A stretch of 49,197 bases of DNA, from the sequence record OM475427; one strand, given 5' to 3'. This stretch comes from Escherichia phage D2. Below are positions 10,452-21,677 of the stretch, in pieces (within the stretch, counting starts at the first letter, position 1; the number at the start of each line of letters is the position of its first letter). The notes below the pieces were generated by a model. It was not told the origin of the DNA. It saw only the letters and a list, made by a program, of their open reading frames with translations, and ran no database searches. The translations under genes were made by a program, and so were the position numbers.

Positions 10452-13005
10452 ACCGGTAGGCGATCTGGTCGTTGATTTGAGTCTGGATGCGGCCAGATTT
10501 GACGAGCAGATGGCCAGAGTCAGGCGTCATTTTTCTGGTACGGAAAGTGATGCGAAAAAAACAGCGGCAGTCGTTGAACAGTCGCTGAGCCGACAGGCGC
10601 TGGCTGCACAGAAAGCGGGGATTTCCGTCGGGCAGTATAAAGCCGCCATGCGTATGCTGCCTGCACAGTTCACCGACGTGGCCACGCAGCTTGCAGGCGG
10701 GCAAAGTCCGTGGCTGATCCTGCTGCAACAGGGGGGGCAGGTGAAGGACTCCTTCGGCGGGATGATCCCCATGTTCAGGGGGCTTGCCGGTGCGATCACC
10801 CTGCCGATGGTGGGGGCCACCTCGCTGGCGGTGGCGACCGGTGCGCTGGCGTATGCCTGGTATCAGGGCAACTCAACCCTGTCCGATTTCAACAAAACGC
10901 TGGTCCTTTCCGGCAATCAGGCGGGACTGACGGCAGATCGTATGCTGGTCCTGTCCAGAGCCGGGCAGGCGGCAGGGCTGACGTTTAACCAGACCAGCGA
11001 GTCACTCAGCGCACTGGTTAAGGCGGGGGTAAGCGGTGAGGCTCAGATTGCGTCCATCAGCCAGAGTGTGGCGCGTTTCTCCTCTGCATCCGGCGTGGAG
11101 GTGGACAAGGTCGCTGAAGCCTTCGGGAAGCTGACCACAGACCCGACGTCGGGGCTGACGGCGATGGCTCGCCAGTTCCATAACGTGTCGGCGGAGCAGA
11201 TTGCGTATGTTGCTCAGTTGCAGCGTTCCGGCGATGAAGCCGGGGCATTGCAGGCGGCGAACGAGGCCGCAACGAAAGGGTTTGATGACCAGACCCGCCG
11301 CCTGAAAGAGAACATGGGCACGCTGGAGACCTGGGCAGACAGGACTGCGCGGGCATTCAAATCCATGTGGGATGCGGTGCTGGATATTGGTCGTCCTGAT
11401 ACCGCGCAGGAGATGCTGATTAAGGCAGAGGCTGCGTATAAGAAAGCAGACGACATCTGGAATCTGCGCAAGGATGATTATTTTGTTAACGATGAAGCGC
11501 GGGCGCGTTACTGGGATGATCGTGAAAAGGCCCGTCTTGCGCTTGAAGCCGCCCGAAAGAAGGCTGAGCAGCAGACTCAACAGGACAAAAATGCGCAGCA
11601 GCAGAGCGATACCGAAGCGTCACGGCTGAAATATACCGAAGAGGCGCAGAAGGCTTACGAACGGCTGCAGACGCCGCTGGAGAAATATACCGCCCGTCAG
11701 GAAGAACTGAACAAGGCACTGAAAGACGGGAAAATCCTGCAGGCGGATTACAACACGCTGATGGCGGCGGCGAAAAAGGATTATGAAGCGACGCTGAAAA
11801 AGCCGAAACAGTCCAGCGTGAAGGTGTCTGCGGGCGATCGTCAGGAAGACAGTGCTCATGCTGCCCTGCTGACGCTTCAGGCAGAACTCCGGACGCTGGA
11901 GAAGCATGCCGGAGCAAATGAGAAAATCAGCCAGCAGCGCCGGGATTTGTGGAAGGCGGAGAGTCAGTTCGCGGTACTGGAGGAGGCGGCGCAACGTCGC
12001 CAGCTGTCTGCACAGGAGAAATCCCTGCTGGCGCATAAAGATGAGACGCTGGAGTACAAACGCCAGCTGGCTGCACTTGGCGACAAGGTTACGTATCAGG
12101 AGCGCCTGAACGCGCTGGCGCAGCAGGCGGATAAATTCGCACAGCAGCAACGGGCAAAACGGGCCGCCATTGATGCGAAAAGCCGGGGGCTGACTGACCG
12201 GCAGGCAGAACGGGAAGCCACGGAACAGCGCCTGAAGGAACAGTATGGCGATAATCCGCTGGCGCTGAATAACGTCATGTCAGAGCAGAAAAAGACCTGG
12301 GCGGCTGAAGACCAGCTTCGCGGGAACTGGATGGCAGGCCTGAAGTCCGGCTGGAGTGAGTGGGAAGAGAGCGCCACGGACAGTATGTCGCAGGTAAAAA
12401 GTGCAGCCACGCAGACCTTTGATGGTATTGCACAGAATATGGCGGCGATGCTGACCGGCAGTGAGCAGAACTGGCGCAGCTTCACCCGTTCCGTGCTGTC
12501 CATGATGACAGAAATTCTGCTTAAGCAGGCAATGGTGGGGATTGTCGGGAGTATCGGCAGCGCCATTGGCGGGGCTGTTGGTGGCGGCGCATCCGCGTCA
12601 GGCGGTACAGCCATTCAGGCCGCTGCGGCGAAATTCCATTTTGCAACCGGAGGATTTACGGGAACCGGCGGCAAATATGAGCCAGCGGGGATTGTTCACC
12701 GTGGTGAGTTTGTCTTCACGAAGGAGGCAACCAGCCGGATTGGCGTGGGGAATCTTTACCGGCTGATGCGCGGCTATGCCACCGGCGGTTATGTCGGTAC
12801 ACCGGGCAGCATGGCAGACAGCCGGTCGCAGGCGTCCGGGACGTTTGAGCAGAATAACCATGTGGTGATTAACAACGACGGCACGAACGGGCAGATAGGT
12901 CCGGCTGCTCTGAAGGCGGTGTATGACATGGCCCGCAAGGGTGCCCGTGATGAAATTCAGACACAGATGCGTGATGGTGGCCTGTTCTCCGGAGGTGGAC
13001 GATGA
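10444..13005 (+). CDS. H: Tail tape measure protein H
   Basis: 853 aa (lambda H length), coiled-coil-rich, C-terminal glycine-rich region, directly upstream of M. Confidence 0.9.
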   Translation: MAEPVGDLVVDLSLDAARFDEQMARVRRHFSGTESDAKKTAAVVEQSLSRQALAAQKAGISVGQYKAAMRMLPAQFTDVATQLAGGQSPWLILLQQGGQVKDSFGGMIPMFRGLAGAITLPMVGATSLAVATGALAYAWYQGNSTLSDFNKTLVLSGNQAGLTADRMLVLSRAGQAAGLTFNQTSESLSALVKAGVSGEAQIASISQSVARFSSASGVEVDKVAEAFGKLTTDPTSGLTAMARQFHNVSAEQIAYVAQLQRSGDEAGALQAANEAATKGFDDQTRRLKENMGTLETWADRTARAFKSMWDAVLDIGRPDTAQEMLIKAEAAYKKADDIWNLRKDDYFVNDEARARYWDDREKARLALEAARKKAEQQTQQDKNAQQQSDTEASRLKYTEEAQKAYERLQTPLEKYTARQEELNKALKDGKILQADYNTLMAAAKKDYEATLKKPKQSSVKVSAGDRQEDSAHAALLTLQAELRTLEKHAGANEKISQQRRDLWKAESQFAVLEEAAQRRQLSAQEKSLLAHKDETLEYKRQLAALGDKVTYQERLNALAQQADKFAQQQRAKRAAIDAKSRGLTDRQAEREATEQRLKEQYGDNPLALNNVMSEQKKTWAAEDQLRGNWMAGLKSGWSEWEESATDSMSQVKSAATQTFDGIAQNMAAMLTGSEQNWRSFTRSVLSMMTEILLKQAMVGIVGSIGSAIGGAVGGGASASGGTAIQAAAAKFHFATGGFTGTGGKYEPAGIVHRGEFVFTKEATSRIGVGNLYRLMRGYATGGYVGTPGSMADSRSQASGTFEQNNHVVINNDGTNGQIGPAALKAVYDMARKGARDEIQTQMRDGGLFSGGGR

Positions 13006-13331
13006 AGACCTTCCGCTGGAAAGTGAAACCCGGTATGGATGTGGCTTCGGTCCCTTCTGTAAGAAAGGTGCGCTTTGGTGATGGCTATTCTCAGCGAGCG
13101 CCTGCCGGGCTGAATGCCAACCTGAAAACGTACAGCGTGACGCTTTCTGTCCCCCGTGAGGAGGCCACGGTACTGGAGTCGTTTCTGGAAGAGCACGGGG
13201 GCTGGAAATCCTTTCTGTGGACGCCGCCTTATGAGTGGCGGCAGATAAAGGTGACCTGCGCAAAATGGTCGTCGCGGGTCAGTATGCTGCGTGTTGAGTT
13301 CAGCGCAGAGTTTGAACAGGTGGTGAACTGA
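13002..13331 (+). CDS. M: Tail tip protein M
   Basis: 109 aa, same length and position as lambda M. Confidence 0.85.
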   Translation: MKTFRWKVKPGMDVASVPSVRKVRFGDGYSQRAPAGLNANLKTYSVTLSVPREEATVLESFLEEHGGWKSFLWTPPYEWRQIKVTCAKWSSRVSMLRVEFSAEFEQVVN

Positions 13332-14029
13332 TGCAGGATATCCGGCAGGAAACACTGAATGAATGCACCCGTGCGGAGCAGTCGGCCAGCGTGGTGCTCT
13401 GGGAAATCGACCTGACAGAGGTCGGTGGAGAACGTTATTTTTTCTGTAATGAGCAGAACGAAAAAGGTGAGCCGGTCACCTGGCAGGGGCGACAGTATCA
13501 GCCGTATCCCATTCAGGGGAGCGGTTTTGAACTGAATGGCAAAGGCACCAGTGCGCGCCCCACGCTGACGGTTTCTAACCTGTACGGTATGGTCACCGGG
13601 ATGGCGGAAGATATGCAGAGTCTGGTCGGCGGAACGGTGGTCCGGCGTAAGGTTTACGCCCGTTTTCTGGATGCGGTGAACTTCGTCAACGGAAACAGTT
13701 ACGCCGATCCGGAGCAGGAGGTGATCAGCCGCTGGCGCATTGAGCAGTGCAGCGAACTGAGCGCGGTGAGTGCCTCCTTTGTACTGTCCACGCCGACGGA
13801 AACGGATGGCGCTGTTTTTCCGGGACGTATCATGCTGGCCAACACCTGCACCTGGACCTATCGCGGTGACGAGTGCGGTTATAGCGGTCCGGCTGTCGCG
13901 GATGAATATGACCAGCCAACGTCCGATATCACGAAGGATAAATGCAGCAAATGCCTGAGCGGTTGTAAGTTCCGCAATAACGTCGGCAACTTTGGCGGCT
14001 TCCTTTCCATTAACAAACTTTCGCAGTAA
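13331..14029 (+). CDS. L: Tail tip protein L
   Basis: 232 aa, same length and position as lambda L; cysteine-rich C-terminus. Confidence 0.85.
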   Translation: MQDIRQETLNECTRAEQSASVVLWEIDLTEVGGERYFFCNEQNEKGEPVTWQGRQYQPYPIQGSGFELNGKGTSARPTLTVSNLYGMVTGMAEDMQSLVGGTVVRRKVYARFLDAVNFVNGNSYADPEQEVISRWRIEQCSELSAVSASFVLSTPTETDGAVFPGRIMLANTCTWTYRGDECGYSGPAVADEYDQPTSDITKDKCSKCLSGCKFRNNVGNFGGFLSINKLSQ

Positions 14030-14034
14030 ATCCC

Positions 14035-14778
14035 ATGACACAGACAGAATCAGCGATTCTGGCGCACGCCCGGCGATGTGCGCCAGCGGAGTCGTGCGGC
14101 TTCGTGGTAAGCACGCCGGAGGGGGAAAGATATTTCCCCTGCGTGAATATCTCCGGTGAGCCGGAGGCGTATTTCCGTATGTCGCCGGAAGACTGGCTGC
14201 AGGCAGAAATGCAGGGTGAGATTGTGGCGCTGGTCCACAGCCACCCCGGTGGTCTGCCCTGGCTGAGTGAGGCCGACCGGCGGCTGCAGGTGCAGAGTGA
14301 TTTGCCGTGGTGGCTGGTCTGCCGGGGGACGATTCATAAGTTCCGCTGTGTGCCGCATCTCACCGGGCGGCGCTTTGAGCACGGTGTGACGGACTGTTAC
14401 ACACTGTTCCGGGATGCTTATCATCTGGCGGGGATTGAGATGCCGGACTTTCATCGTGAGGATGACTGGTGGCGTAACGGCCAGAATCTCTATCTGGATA
14501 ATCTGGAGGCGACGGGGCTGTATCAGGTGCCGTTGTCAGCGGCACAGCCGGGCGATGTGCTGCTGTGCTGTTTTGGTTCATCAGTGCCGAATCACGCCGC
14601 AATTTACTGCGGCGACGGCGAGCTGCTGCACCATATTCCTGAACAACTGAGCAAACGAGAGAGGTACACCGACAAATGGCAGCGACGCACACACTCCCTC
14701 TGGCGTCACCGGGCATGGCGCGCATCTGCCTTTACGGGGATTTACAACGATTTGGTCGCCGCATCGACCTTCGTGTGA
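14035..14778 (+). CDS. K: Tail tip assembly protein K
   Basis: Lambda K position; contains the HSHP motif (VALVHSHPGG) typical of the JAB/MPN metalloprotease domain and a C-terminal NlpC/P60-like region. Confidence 0.8.
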   Translation: MTQTESAILAHARRCAPAESCGFVVSTPEGERYFPCVNISGEPEAYFRMSPEDWLQAEMQGEIVALVHSHPGGLPWLSEADRRLQVQSDLPWWLVCRGTIHKFRCVPHLTGRRFEHGVTDCYTLFRDAYHLAGIEMPDFHREDDWWRNGQNLYLDNLEATGLYQVPLSAAQPGDVLLCCFGSSVPNHAAIYCGDGELLHHIPEQLSKRERYTDKWQRRTHSLWRHRAWRASAFTGIYNDLVAASTFV

Positions 14779-15347
14779 AAACGGGGGCTGAAGCCATCCG
14801 GGCACTGGCCACACAGCTCCCGGCGTTTCGTCAGAAACTGAGCGACGGCTGGTATCAGGTACGGATTGCCGGGCGGGACGTCAGCACGTCCGGGTTAACG
14901 GCGCAGTTACATGAGACTCTGCCTGATGGCGCTGTAATTCATATTGTTCCCAGAGTCGCCGGGGCCAAGTCAGGTGGCGTATTCCAGATTGTCCTGGGGG
15001 CTGCCGCCATTGCCGGATCATTCTTTACCGCCGGAGCCACCCTTGCAGCATGGGGGGCAGCCATTGGGGCCGGTGGTATGACCGGCATCCTGTTTTCTCT
15101 CGGTGCCAGTATGGTGCTCGGTGGTGTGGCGCAGATGCTGGCACCGAAAGCCAGAACTCCCCGTATACAGACAACGGATAACGGTAAGCAGAACACCTAT
15201 TTCTCCTCACTGGATAACATGGTTGCCCAGGGCAATGTTCTGCCTGTTCTGTACGGGGAAATGCGCGTGGGGTCACGCGTGGTTTCTCAGGAGATCAGCA
15301 CGGCAGACGAAGGGGACGGTGGTCAGGTTGTGGTGATTGGTCGCTGA
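14676..15347 (+). CDS. I: Tail tip assembly protein I
   Basis: 223 aa (lambda I length), N-terminal ubiquitin-like region and Gly/Ala-rich hydrophobic C-terminus; overlaps the K 3' end. Confidence 0.8.
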   Translation: MAATHTLPLASPGMARICLYGDLQRFGRRIDLRVKTGAEAIRALATQLPAFRQKLSDGWYQVRIAGRDVSTSGLTAQLHETLPDGAVIHIVPRVAGAKSGGVFQIVLGAAAIAGSFFTAGATLAAWGAAIGAGGMTGILFSLGASMVLGGVAQMLAPKARTPRIQTTDNGKQNTYFSSLDNMVAQGNVLPVLYGEMRVGSRVVSQEISTADEGDGGQVVVIGR

Positions 15348-15365
15348 TGCAAAATGTTTTATGTG

Positions 15366-15392
15366 AAACCGCCTGCGGGCGGTTTTGTCATT
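15366..15392 (+). terminator. Putative rho-independent terminator between I and J
   Basis: Stem AACCGCC/GGCGGTT with TGCG loop followed by TTTTGTCATTT. Confidence 0.4.
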
Positions 15393-15407
15393 TATGGAGC
15401 GTGAGGA

Positions 15408-18400
15408 ATGGGTAAAGGAAGCAGTAAGGGGCATACCCCGCGCGAAGCGAAGGACAACCTGAAGTCCACGCAGTTGCTGAGTGTGATCGATGCCATCAGC
15501 GAAGGGCCGATTGAAGGTCCGGTGGATGGCTTAAAAAGCGTGCTGCTGAACAGTACGCCGGTGCTGGACACTGAGGGGAATACCAACATATCCGGTGTCA
15601 CGGTGGTGTTCCGGGCTGGTGAGCAGGAGCAGACTCCGCCGGAGGGATTTGAATCCTCCGGCTCCGAGACGGTGCTGGGTACGGAAGTGAAATATGACAC
15701 GCCGATCACCCGCACCATTACGTCTGCAAACATCGACCGTCTGCGCTTTACCTTCGGTGTACAGGCACTGGTGGAAACCACCTCAAAGGGTGACAGGAAT
15801 CCGTCGGAAGTCCGCCTGCTGGTTCAGATACAACGTAACGGTGGCTGGGTGACGGAAAAAGACATCACCATTAAGGGCAAAACCACCTCGCAGTATCTGG
15901 CCTCGGTGGTGATGGGTAACCTGCCGCCGCGCCCGTTTAATATCCGGATGCGCAGGATGACGCCGGACAGCACCACAGACCAGCTGCAGAACAAAACGCT
16001 CTGGTCGTCATACACTGAAATCATCGATGTGAAACAGTGCTACCCGAACACGGCACTGGTCGGCGTGCAGGTGGACTCGGAGCAGTTCGGCAGCCAGCAG
16101 GTGAGCCGTAATTATCATCTGCGCGGGCGTATTCTGCAGGTGCCGTCGAACTATAACCCGCAGACGCGGCAATACAGCGGTATCTGGGACGGAACGTTTA
16201 AACCGGCATACAGCAACAACATGGCCTGGTGTCTGTGGGATATGCTGACCCATCCGCGCTACGGCATGGGGAAACGTCTTGGTGCGGCGGATGTGGATAA
16301 ATGGGCGCTGTATGTCATCGGCCAGTACTGCGACCAGTCAGTGCCGGACGGCTTTGGCGGCACGGAGCCGCGCATCACCTGTAATGCGTACCTGACCACA
16401 CAGCGTAAGGCGTGGGATGTGCTCAGCGATTTCTGCTCGGCGATGCGCTGTATGCCGGTATGGAACGGGCAGACGCTGACGTTCGTGCAGGACCGACCGT
16501 CGGATAAGACGTGGACCTATAACCGCAGTAATGTGGTGATGCCGGATGATGGCGCGCCGTTCCGCTACAGCTTCAGCGCCCTGAAGGACCGCCATAATGC
16601 CGTTGAGGTGAACTGGATTGACCCGAACAACGGCTGGGAGACGGCGACAGAGCTTGTTGAAGATACGCAGGCCATTGCCCGTTACGGTCGTAATGTTACG
16701 AAGATGGATGCCTTTGGCTGTACCAGCCGGGGGCAGGCACACCGCGCCGGGCTGTGGCTGATTAAAACAGAACTGCTGGAAACGCAGACCGTGGATTTCA
16801 GCGTCGGCGCAGAAGGGCTTCGCCATGTACCGGGCGATGTTATTGAAATCTGCGATGATGACTATGCCGGTATCAGCACCGGTGGTCGTGTGCTGGCGGT
16901 GAACAGCCAGACCCGGACGCTGACGCTCGACCGTGAAATCACGCTGCCATCCTCCGGTACCGCGCTGATAAGCCTGGTTGACGGAAGTGGCAATCCGGTC
17001 AGCGTGGAGGTTCAGTCCGTCACCGACGGCGTGAAGGTAAAAGTGAGCCGTGTTCCTGACGGTGTTGCTGAATACAGCGTATGGGAGCTGAAGCTGCCGA
17101 CGCTGCGCCAGCGACTGTTCCGCTGCGTGAGTATCCGTGAGAACGACGACGGCACGTATGCCATCACCGCCGTGCAGCATGTGCCGGAAAAAGAGGCCAT
17201 CGTGGATAACGGGGCGCACTTTGACGGCGAACAGAGTGGCACGGTGAATGGTGTCACGCCGCCAGCGGTGCAGCACCTGACCGCAGAAGTCACTGCAGAC
17301 AGCGGGGAATATCAGGTGCTGGCGCGATGGGACACACCGAAGGTGGTGAAGGGCGTGAGTTTCCTGCTCCGTCTGACCGTAACAGCGGACGACGGCAGTG
17401 AGCGGCTGGTCAGCACGGCCCGGACGACGGAAACCACATACCGCTTCACGCAACTGGCGCTGGGGAACTACAGGCTGACAGTCCGGGCGGTAAATGCGTG
17501 GGGGCAGCAGGGCGATCCGGCGTCGGTATCGTTCCGGATTGCCGCACCGGCAGCACCGTCGAGGATTGAGCTGACGCCGGGCTATTTTCAGATAACCGCC
17601 ACGCCGCATCTTGCCGTTTATGACCCGACGGTACAGTTTGAGTTCTGGTTCTCGGAAAAGCAGATTGCGGATATCAGACAGGTTGAAACCAGCACGCGTT
17701 ATCTTGGTACGGCGCTGTACTGGATAGCCGCCAGTATCAATATCAAACCGGGCCATGATTATTACTTTTATATCCGCAGTGTGAACACCGTTGGCAAATC
17801 GGCATTCGTGGAGGCCGTCGGTCGGGCGAGCGATGATGCGGAAGGTTACCTGGATTTTTTCAAAGGCAAGATAACCGAATCCCATCTCGGCAAGGAGCTG
17901 CTGGAAAAAGTCGAGCTGACGGAGGATAACGCCAGCAGACTGGAGGAGTTTTCGAAAGAGTGGAAGGATGCCAGTGATAAGTGGAATGCCATGTGGGCTG
18001 TCAAAATTGAGCAGACCAAAGACGGCAAACATTATGTCGCGGGTATTGGCCTCAGCATGGAGGACACGGAGGAAGGCAAACTGAGCCAGTTTCTGGTTGC
18101 CGCCAATCGTATCGCATTTATTGACCCGGCAAACGGGAATGAAACGCCGATGTTTGTGGCGCAGGGCAACCAGATATTCATGAACGACGTGTTCCTGAAG
18201 CGCCTGACGGCCCCCACCATTACCAGCGGCGGCAATCCTCCGGCCTTTTCCCTGACACCGGACGGAAAGCTGACCGCTAAAAATGCGGATATCAGTGGCA
18301 GTGTGAATGCGAACTCCGGGACGCTCAGTAATGTGACGATAGCTGAAAACTGTACGATAAACGGTACGCTGAGGGCGGAAAAAATCGTCGGGGACATTGT

Positions 18401-18797
18401 AAAGGCGGCGAGCGCGGCTTTTCCGCGCCAGCGTGAAAGCAGTGTGGACTGGCCGTCAGGTACCCGTACTGTCACCGTGACCGATGACCATCCTTTTGAT
18501 CGCCAGATAGTGGTGCTTCCGCTGACGTTTCGCGGAAGTAAGCGTACTGTCAGNCCAACAGTCATACTGGTATTCAACCTGTAAGCTGCAGGTGCTGAAG
18601 AACGGACAGGAAATCTTTCAGCAACCCGCGACGGATGTCAGCAGGGTATTTTCATCAGTCATTGATATGCCTNGTGGAGTGCAGGTATACAGATTAATCC
18701 GGCAGCGTCCGTCGTTGTTGATATTGCTTATGAAGGCTCCGGCAGTGGCGACTGGCGTACTGACGGATTCATCGTTGGGGTCGGTTATAAATTCTGA
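15408..18797 (+). CDS. J: Tail tip/host specificity protein J; apparent frameshifts near the 3' end coincide with ambiguous bases
   Basis: 1058-aa ORF 15408-18584 is lambda J-like. Frame moves to +1 near n at 18554 and back near n at 18672; the last segment (..[31 protein letters not shown]) is again in the start frame, and total length is a multiple of 3. Confidence 0.8.
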
Positions 18798-18819
18798 TTA
18801 GCCAGGTAACACAGTGTTA

Positions 18820-18850
18820 TGACAGCCCGCCGGAACCGGTGGGCTTTTTT
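18820..18850 (+). terminator. Putative rho-independent terminator downstream of J
   Basis: Hairpin GCCCGCCGG..CCGGTGGGC followed by TTTTTTGT just before the stf start; no lom-like gene is present between J and stf. Confidence 0.4.
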
Positions 18851-18855
18851 GTGGG

Positions 18856-20793
18856 GTGAATATGGCAGTAAAGATTTCAGGAGTCCTGAAAGACGGCACA
18901 GGAAAACCGGTACAGAACTGCACCATTCAGCTGAAAGCCAGACGTAACAGCACCACGGTGGTGGTGAACACGGTGGGCTCAGAGAATCCGGATGAAGCCG
19001 GGCGTTACAGCATGGATGTGGAGTACGGTCAGTACAGTGTCATCCTGCAGGTTGACGGTTTTCCACCATCGCACGCCGGGACCATCACCGTGTATGAAGA
19101 TTCACAACCGGGGACGCTGAATGATTTTCTCTGTGCCATGACGGAGGATGATGCCCGGCCGGAGGTGCTGCGTCGTCTTGAACTGATGGTGGAAGAGGTG
19201 GCGCGTAACGCGTCCGTGGTGGCACAGAGTACGGCAGACGCGAAGAAATCAGCCGGCGATGCCAGTGCATCAGCTGCTCAGGTCGCGGCCCTTGTGACTG
19301 ATGCAACTGACTCAGCACGCGCCGCCAGCACGTCCGCCGGACAGGCTGCATCGTCAGCTCAGGAAGCGTCCTCCGGCGCAGAAGCGGCATCAGCAACGTC
19401 AGAAGAAGCCTCCGCAGACAGTGAAGAGGCTTCCCGCCGTAATGCAGAGTCAGCCGCTGAAAATGCCGGAGTCGCCACCACAAAAGCGCGGGAGGCCGCA
19501 GCAGACGCAACAAAGGCCGGGCAGAAAAAGGATGAGGCTCTGTCGGCAGCGACACGAGCTGAAAAGGCGGCAGACCGCGCAGAAGCCGCAGCGGAAGTGA
19601 CTGCAGAGCCCTATGCGAATATAGTGCCGCCGCTGCCTGATGTGTGGATACCGTTTAACGATTCACTGGATATGATTGCGGGTTTTTCTCCGGGCTATAA
19701 AAAAATAGCTATTGGTGACGATGTGGTTCAGGTCGCCAGTGATAAACAGGTTAATTTCAGTCGCGCATCAACGGCAACATATATCAACAAATCTGGCGAA
19801 CTGAAAACGGCGGAAATTAATGAGCCGCGATTTGAGTGTGATGGCCTGCTTATTGAGGGACAAAGAACGAACTACATGCTCAATTCGGAAAGTCCAGCCA
19901 GCTGGGGGAAGTCATCAAACATGGATGTGCCCGAAACTGGGACGGATAGTTTTGGTTTTACTTATGGAAAGTTTGTCTGCAACGATTCTCTGGTTGGGCA
20001 AACTTCGGCTATTAATATGGCATCAATTGCTGCAACAAAGTCAGTTGATGTCTCAGGCGATAACAAGTACGTGACAACCTCATGCCGTTTTAAAACAGAA
20101 CGACAGGTAAGGTTACGTATACGGTTTGATAAGTATGATGGTAGTGCAACAACTTTTCTTGGCGATGCGTACATTGATACGCAAACGCTTGAAATTAATA
20201 TGACAGGTGGTGCTGCCGGCAGAATTACGGCACGAGTCAGGAAGGATAAGACCACGGGCTGGATTTTTGCAGAGGCAACGATTCAGGCAATTGATGGTGA
20301 GTTAAAAATAGGCTCTCAGATACAGTATTCTCCTGAGCAGGGTGGGGCAACAGTATCTGGTGACTATATTTATCTTGCCACCCCACAAGTAGAGAATGGG
20401 CCGTGTGTATCATCATTTATTATTTCAGGAGGCAGCGCAACGACAAGAGCCAGTGATTTGGTTAGTATCCCCACCAGAAATAATCTTTATAAGTTACCAT
20501 TTACTTTTTTACTTGAGATTCATAAAAACTGGGATATTGCACCAAACGCCGCACCCCGCGTGTGGGATATAGCAGCCAATACCGGGCAATCAGCAATTGC
20601 AGCAATCAACAGAGGTAGTGGTAAGTTATATATGAGTCTGTCAAACCCTTCAGGCTCGTATGTTAATAGCGCAGCGACAGATGTATTTGCAGAGAAAACC
20701 ACATTTGGATGTATTGCAAAAGCTGATGGTCACTTTCATGTGGTGACAAATGGTAAAGCGGTTAATGAAGTTTATTGTGAATATAATGGGTAA
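18856..20793 (+). CDS. stf: Side tail fiber protein (Stf-like), C-terminus bounded by IS66 inverted repeat
   Basis: N-terminal ~190 aa match lambda Stf (MAVKISGVLKDGTGKPVQNCTIQLKARRNSTTVVVNTVGSENPDEAGRYSMDVEYGQYSVILQVDGF...), then Ala/Ser-rich repeats and a divergent C-terminal domain. The stop codon TAA lies inside the IS terminal repeat (gTAAgcg). Confidence 0.75.
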   Translation: MNMAVKISGVLKDGTGKPVQNCTIQLKARRNSTTVVVNTVGSENPDEAGRYSMDVEYGQYSVILQVDGFPPSHAGTITVYEDSQPGTLNDFLCAMTEDDARPEVLRRLELMVEEVARNASVVAQSTADAKKSAGDASASAAQVAALVTDATDSARAASTSAGQAASSAQEASSGAEAASATSEEASADSEEASRRNAESAAENAGVATTKAREAAADATKAGQKKDEALSAATRAEKAADRAEAAAEVTAEPYANIVPPLPDVWIPFNDSLDMIAGFSPGYKKIAIGDDVVQVASDKQVNFSRASTATYINKSGELKTAEINEPRFECDGLLIEGQRTNYMLNSESPASWGKSSNMDVPETGTDSFGFTYGKFVCNDSLVGQTSAINMASIAATKSVDVSGDNKYVTTSCRFKTERQVRLRIRFDKYDGSATTFLGDAYIDTQTLEINMTGGAAGRITARVRKDKTTGWIFAEATIQAIDGELKIGSQIQYSPEQGGATVSGDYIYLATPQVENGPCVSSFIISGGSATTRASDLVSIPTRNNLYKLPFTFLLEIHKNWDIAPNAAPRVWDIAANTGQSAIAAINRGSGKLYMSLSNPSGSYVNSAATDVFAEKTTFGCIAKADGHFHVVTNGKAVNEVYCEYNG

Positions 20794-20874
20794 GCGTAAA
20801 CTGACCGCCGTATGTAGCCATCAGACGAGAATTGGTAACTTAGACGCCCATCTGATATAGACGGACATCTAAGT

Positions 20875-21300
20875 ATGGAATTACAGGACTGGCGAAAAGA
20901 ACCTCGTAAAAACTATTCGAATGAATTCAAACTTCGTATGGTGGAACTGGCATCACAACCTGGAGCTTGTGTTGCACAGATTGCACGTGAAAATGGCGTC
21001 AATGATAATGTTATTTTCAAATGGCTCAGGCTCTGGCAGAACGAAGGGCGTGTTTCGCGGCGTCTTCCGGTAACGACCTCTTCTGACACTGGCGTTGAAT
21101 TATTACCTGTAGAAATAACGCCGGATGAGCAGAAAGAACCTGTGGCGGCCATTGCGCCGTCTTTATCCACTTCCACTCAGACCAGAGTCAGTGCCAGTTC
21201 CTGCAAGGTGGAATTCCGTCACGGTAACATGACGCTGGAAAATCCATCGCCAGAGCTGCTCACAGTGTTGATCCGTGAACTGACCGGGAGGGGAAGATGA
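20875..21300 (+). CDS. tnpA: IS66 family accessory protein TnpA (orf1)
   Basis: 141 aa; HTH-containing N-terminus (NYSNEFKLRMVELASQPGACVAQIARENGVNDNVIFKWL) typical of IS66 orf1. Confidence 0.85.
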   Translation: MELQDWRKEPRKNYSNEFKLRMVELASQPGACVAQIARENGVNDNVIFKWLRLWQNEGRVSRRLPVTTSSDTGVELLPVEITPDEQKEPVAAIAPSLSTSTQTRVSASSCKVEFRHGNMTLENPSPELLTVLIRELTGRGR

Positions 21301-21647
21301 TCTCACTCCCATCAGGTACCCGTATCTGGCTCGTTGCCGGCGTTACCGATATGCGTAAATCCTTCAACGGACTGGGAGAACAGGTACAACATGTGCTGAA
21401 TGATAATCCCTTCTCCGGTCACCTGTTTATCTTCCGTGGCCGACGGGGTGACACCGTCAAAATTCTTTGGGCTGATGCTGATGGTCTGTGCCTGTTCACC
21501 AAACGCCTGGAGGAAGGCCAGTTTATCTGGCCTGCGGTACGTGACGGCAAGGTATCCATTACCCGCTCGCAACTGGCAATGCTCCTCGATAAGCTGGACT
21601 GGCGTCAGCCAAAAACATCCAGCCGTAACTCACTGACAATGTTGTAA
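21297..21647 (+). CDS. tnpB: IS66 family accessory protein TnpB (orf2)
   Basis: 116 aa; MISLPSGTRIWLVAGVTDMRKSFNGLGEQVQ... characteristic IS66 Orf2; 4-nt overlap with tnpA. Confidence 0.85.
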   Translation: MISLPSGTRIWLVAGVTDMRKSFNGLGEQVQHVLNDNPFSGHLFIFRGRRGDTVKILWADADGLCLFTKRLEEGQFIWPAVRDGKVSITRSQLAMLLDKLDWRQPKTSSRNSLTML

Positions 21648-21677
21648 AAAACTCCTGACCGCATTATAAAAACGGTC

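Noticed and set aside
11002-12614. Several 140-190-aa ORFs on the minus strand inside the tape measure gene
   Set aside because: All are antisense to H (853 aa, lambda length); low-complexity Arg/Leu/Pro-rich translations.
13229-14041. 270-aa ORF on the minus strand
   Set aside because: Antisense to L and M, which are well supported by length and synteny; no start-site or homology support.
16338-18032. 564-aa ORF on the minus strand
   Set aside because: Antisense to the J tail tip gene, whose sense frame is lambda-homologous over its whole length; Arg/Pro-rich composition typical of spurious antisense translation.
19085-19600. Overlapping 99-aa and 156-aa ORFs in other frames within stf
   Set aside because: They lie in alternative frames of the Ala/Ser-rich repeat region of the tail fiber gene; low-complexity translations (Pro/Arg/Gln-rich) with no independent support.
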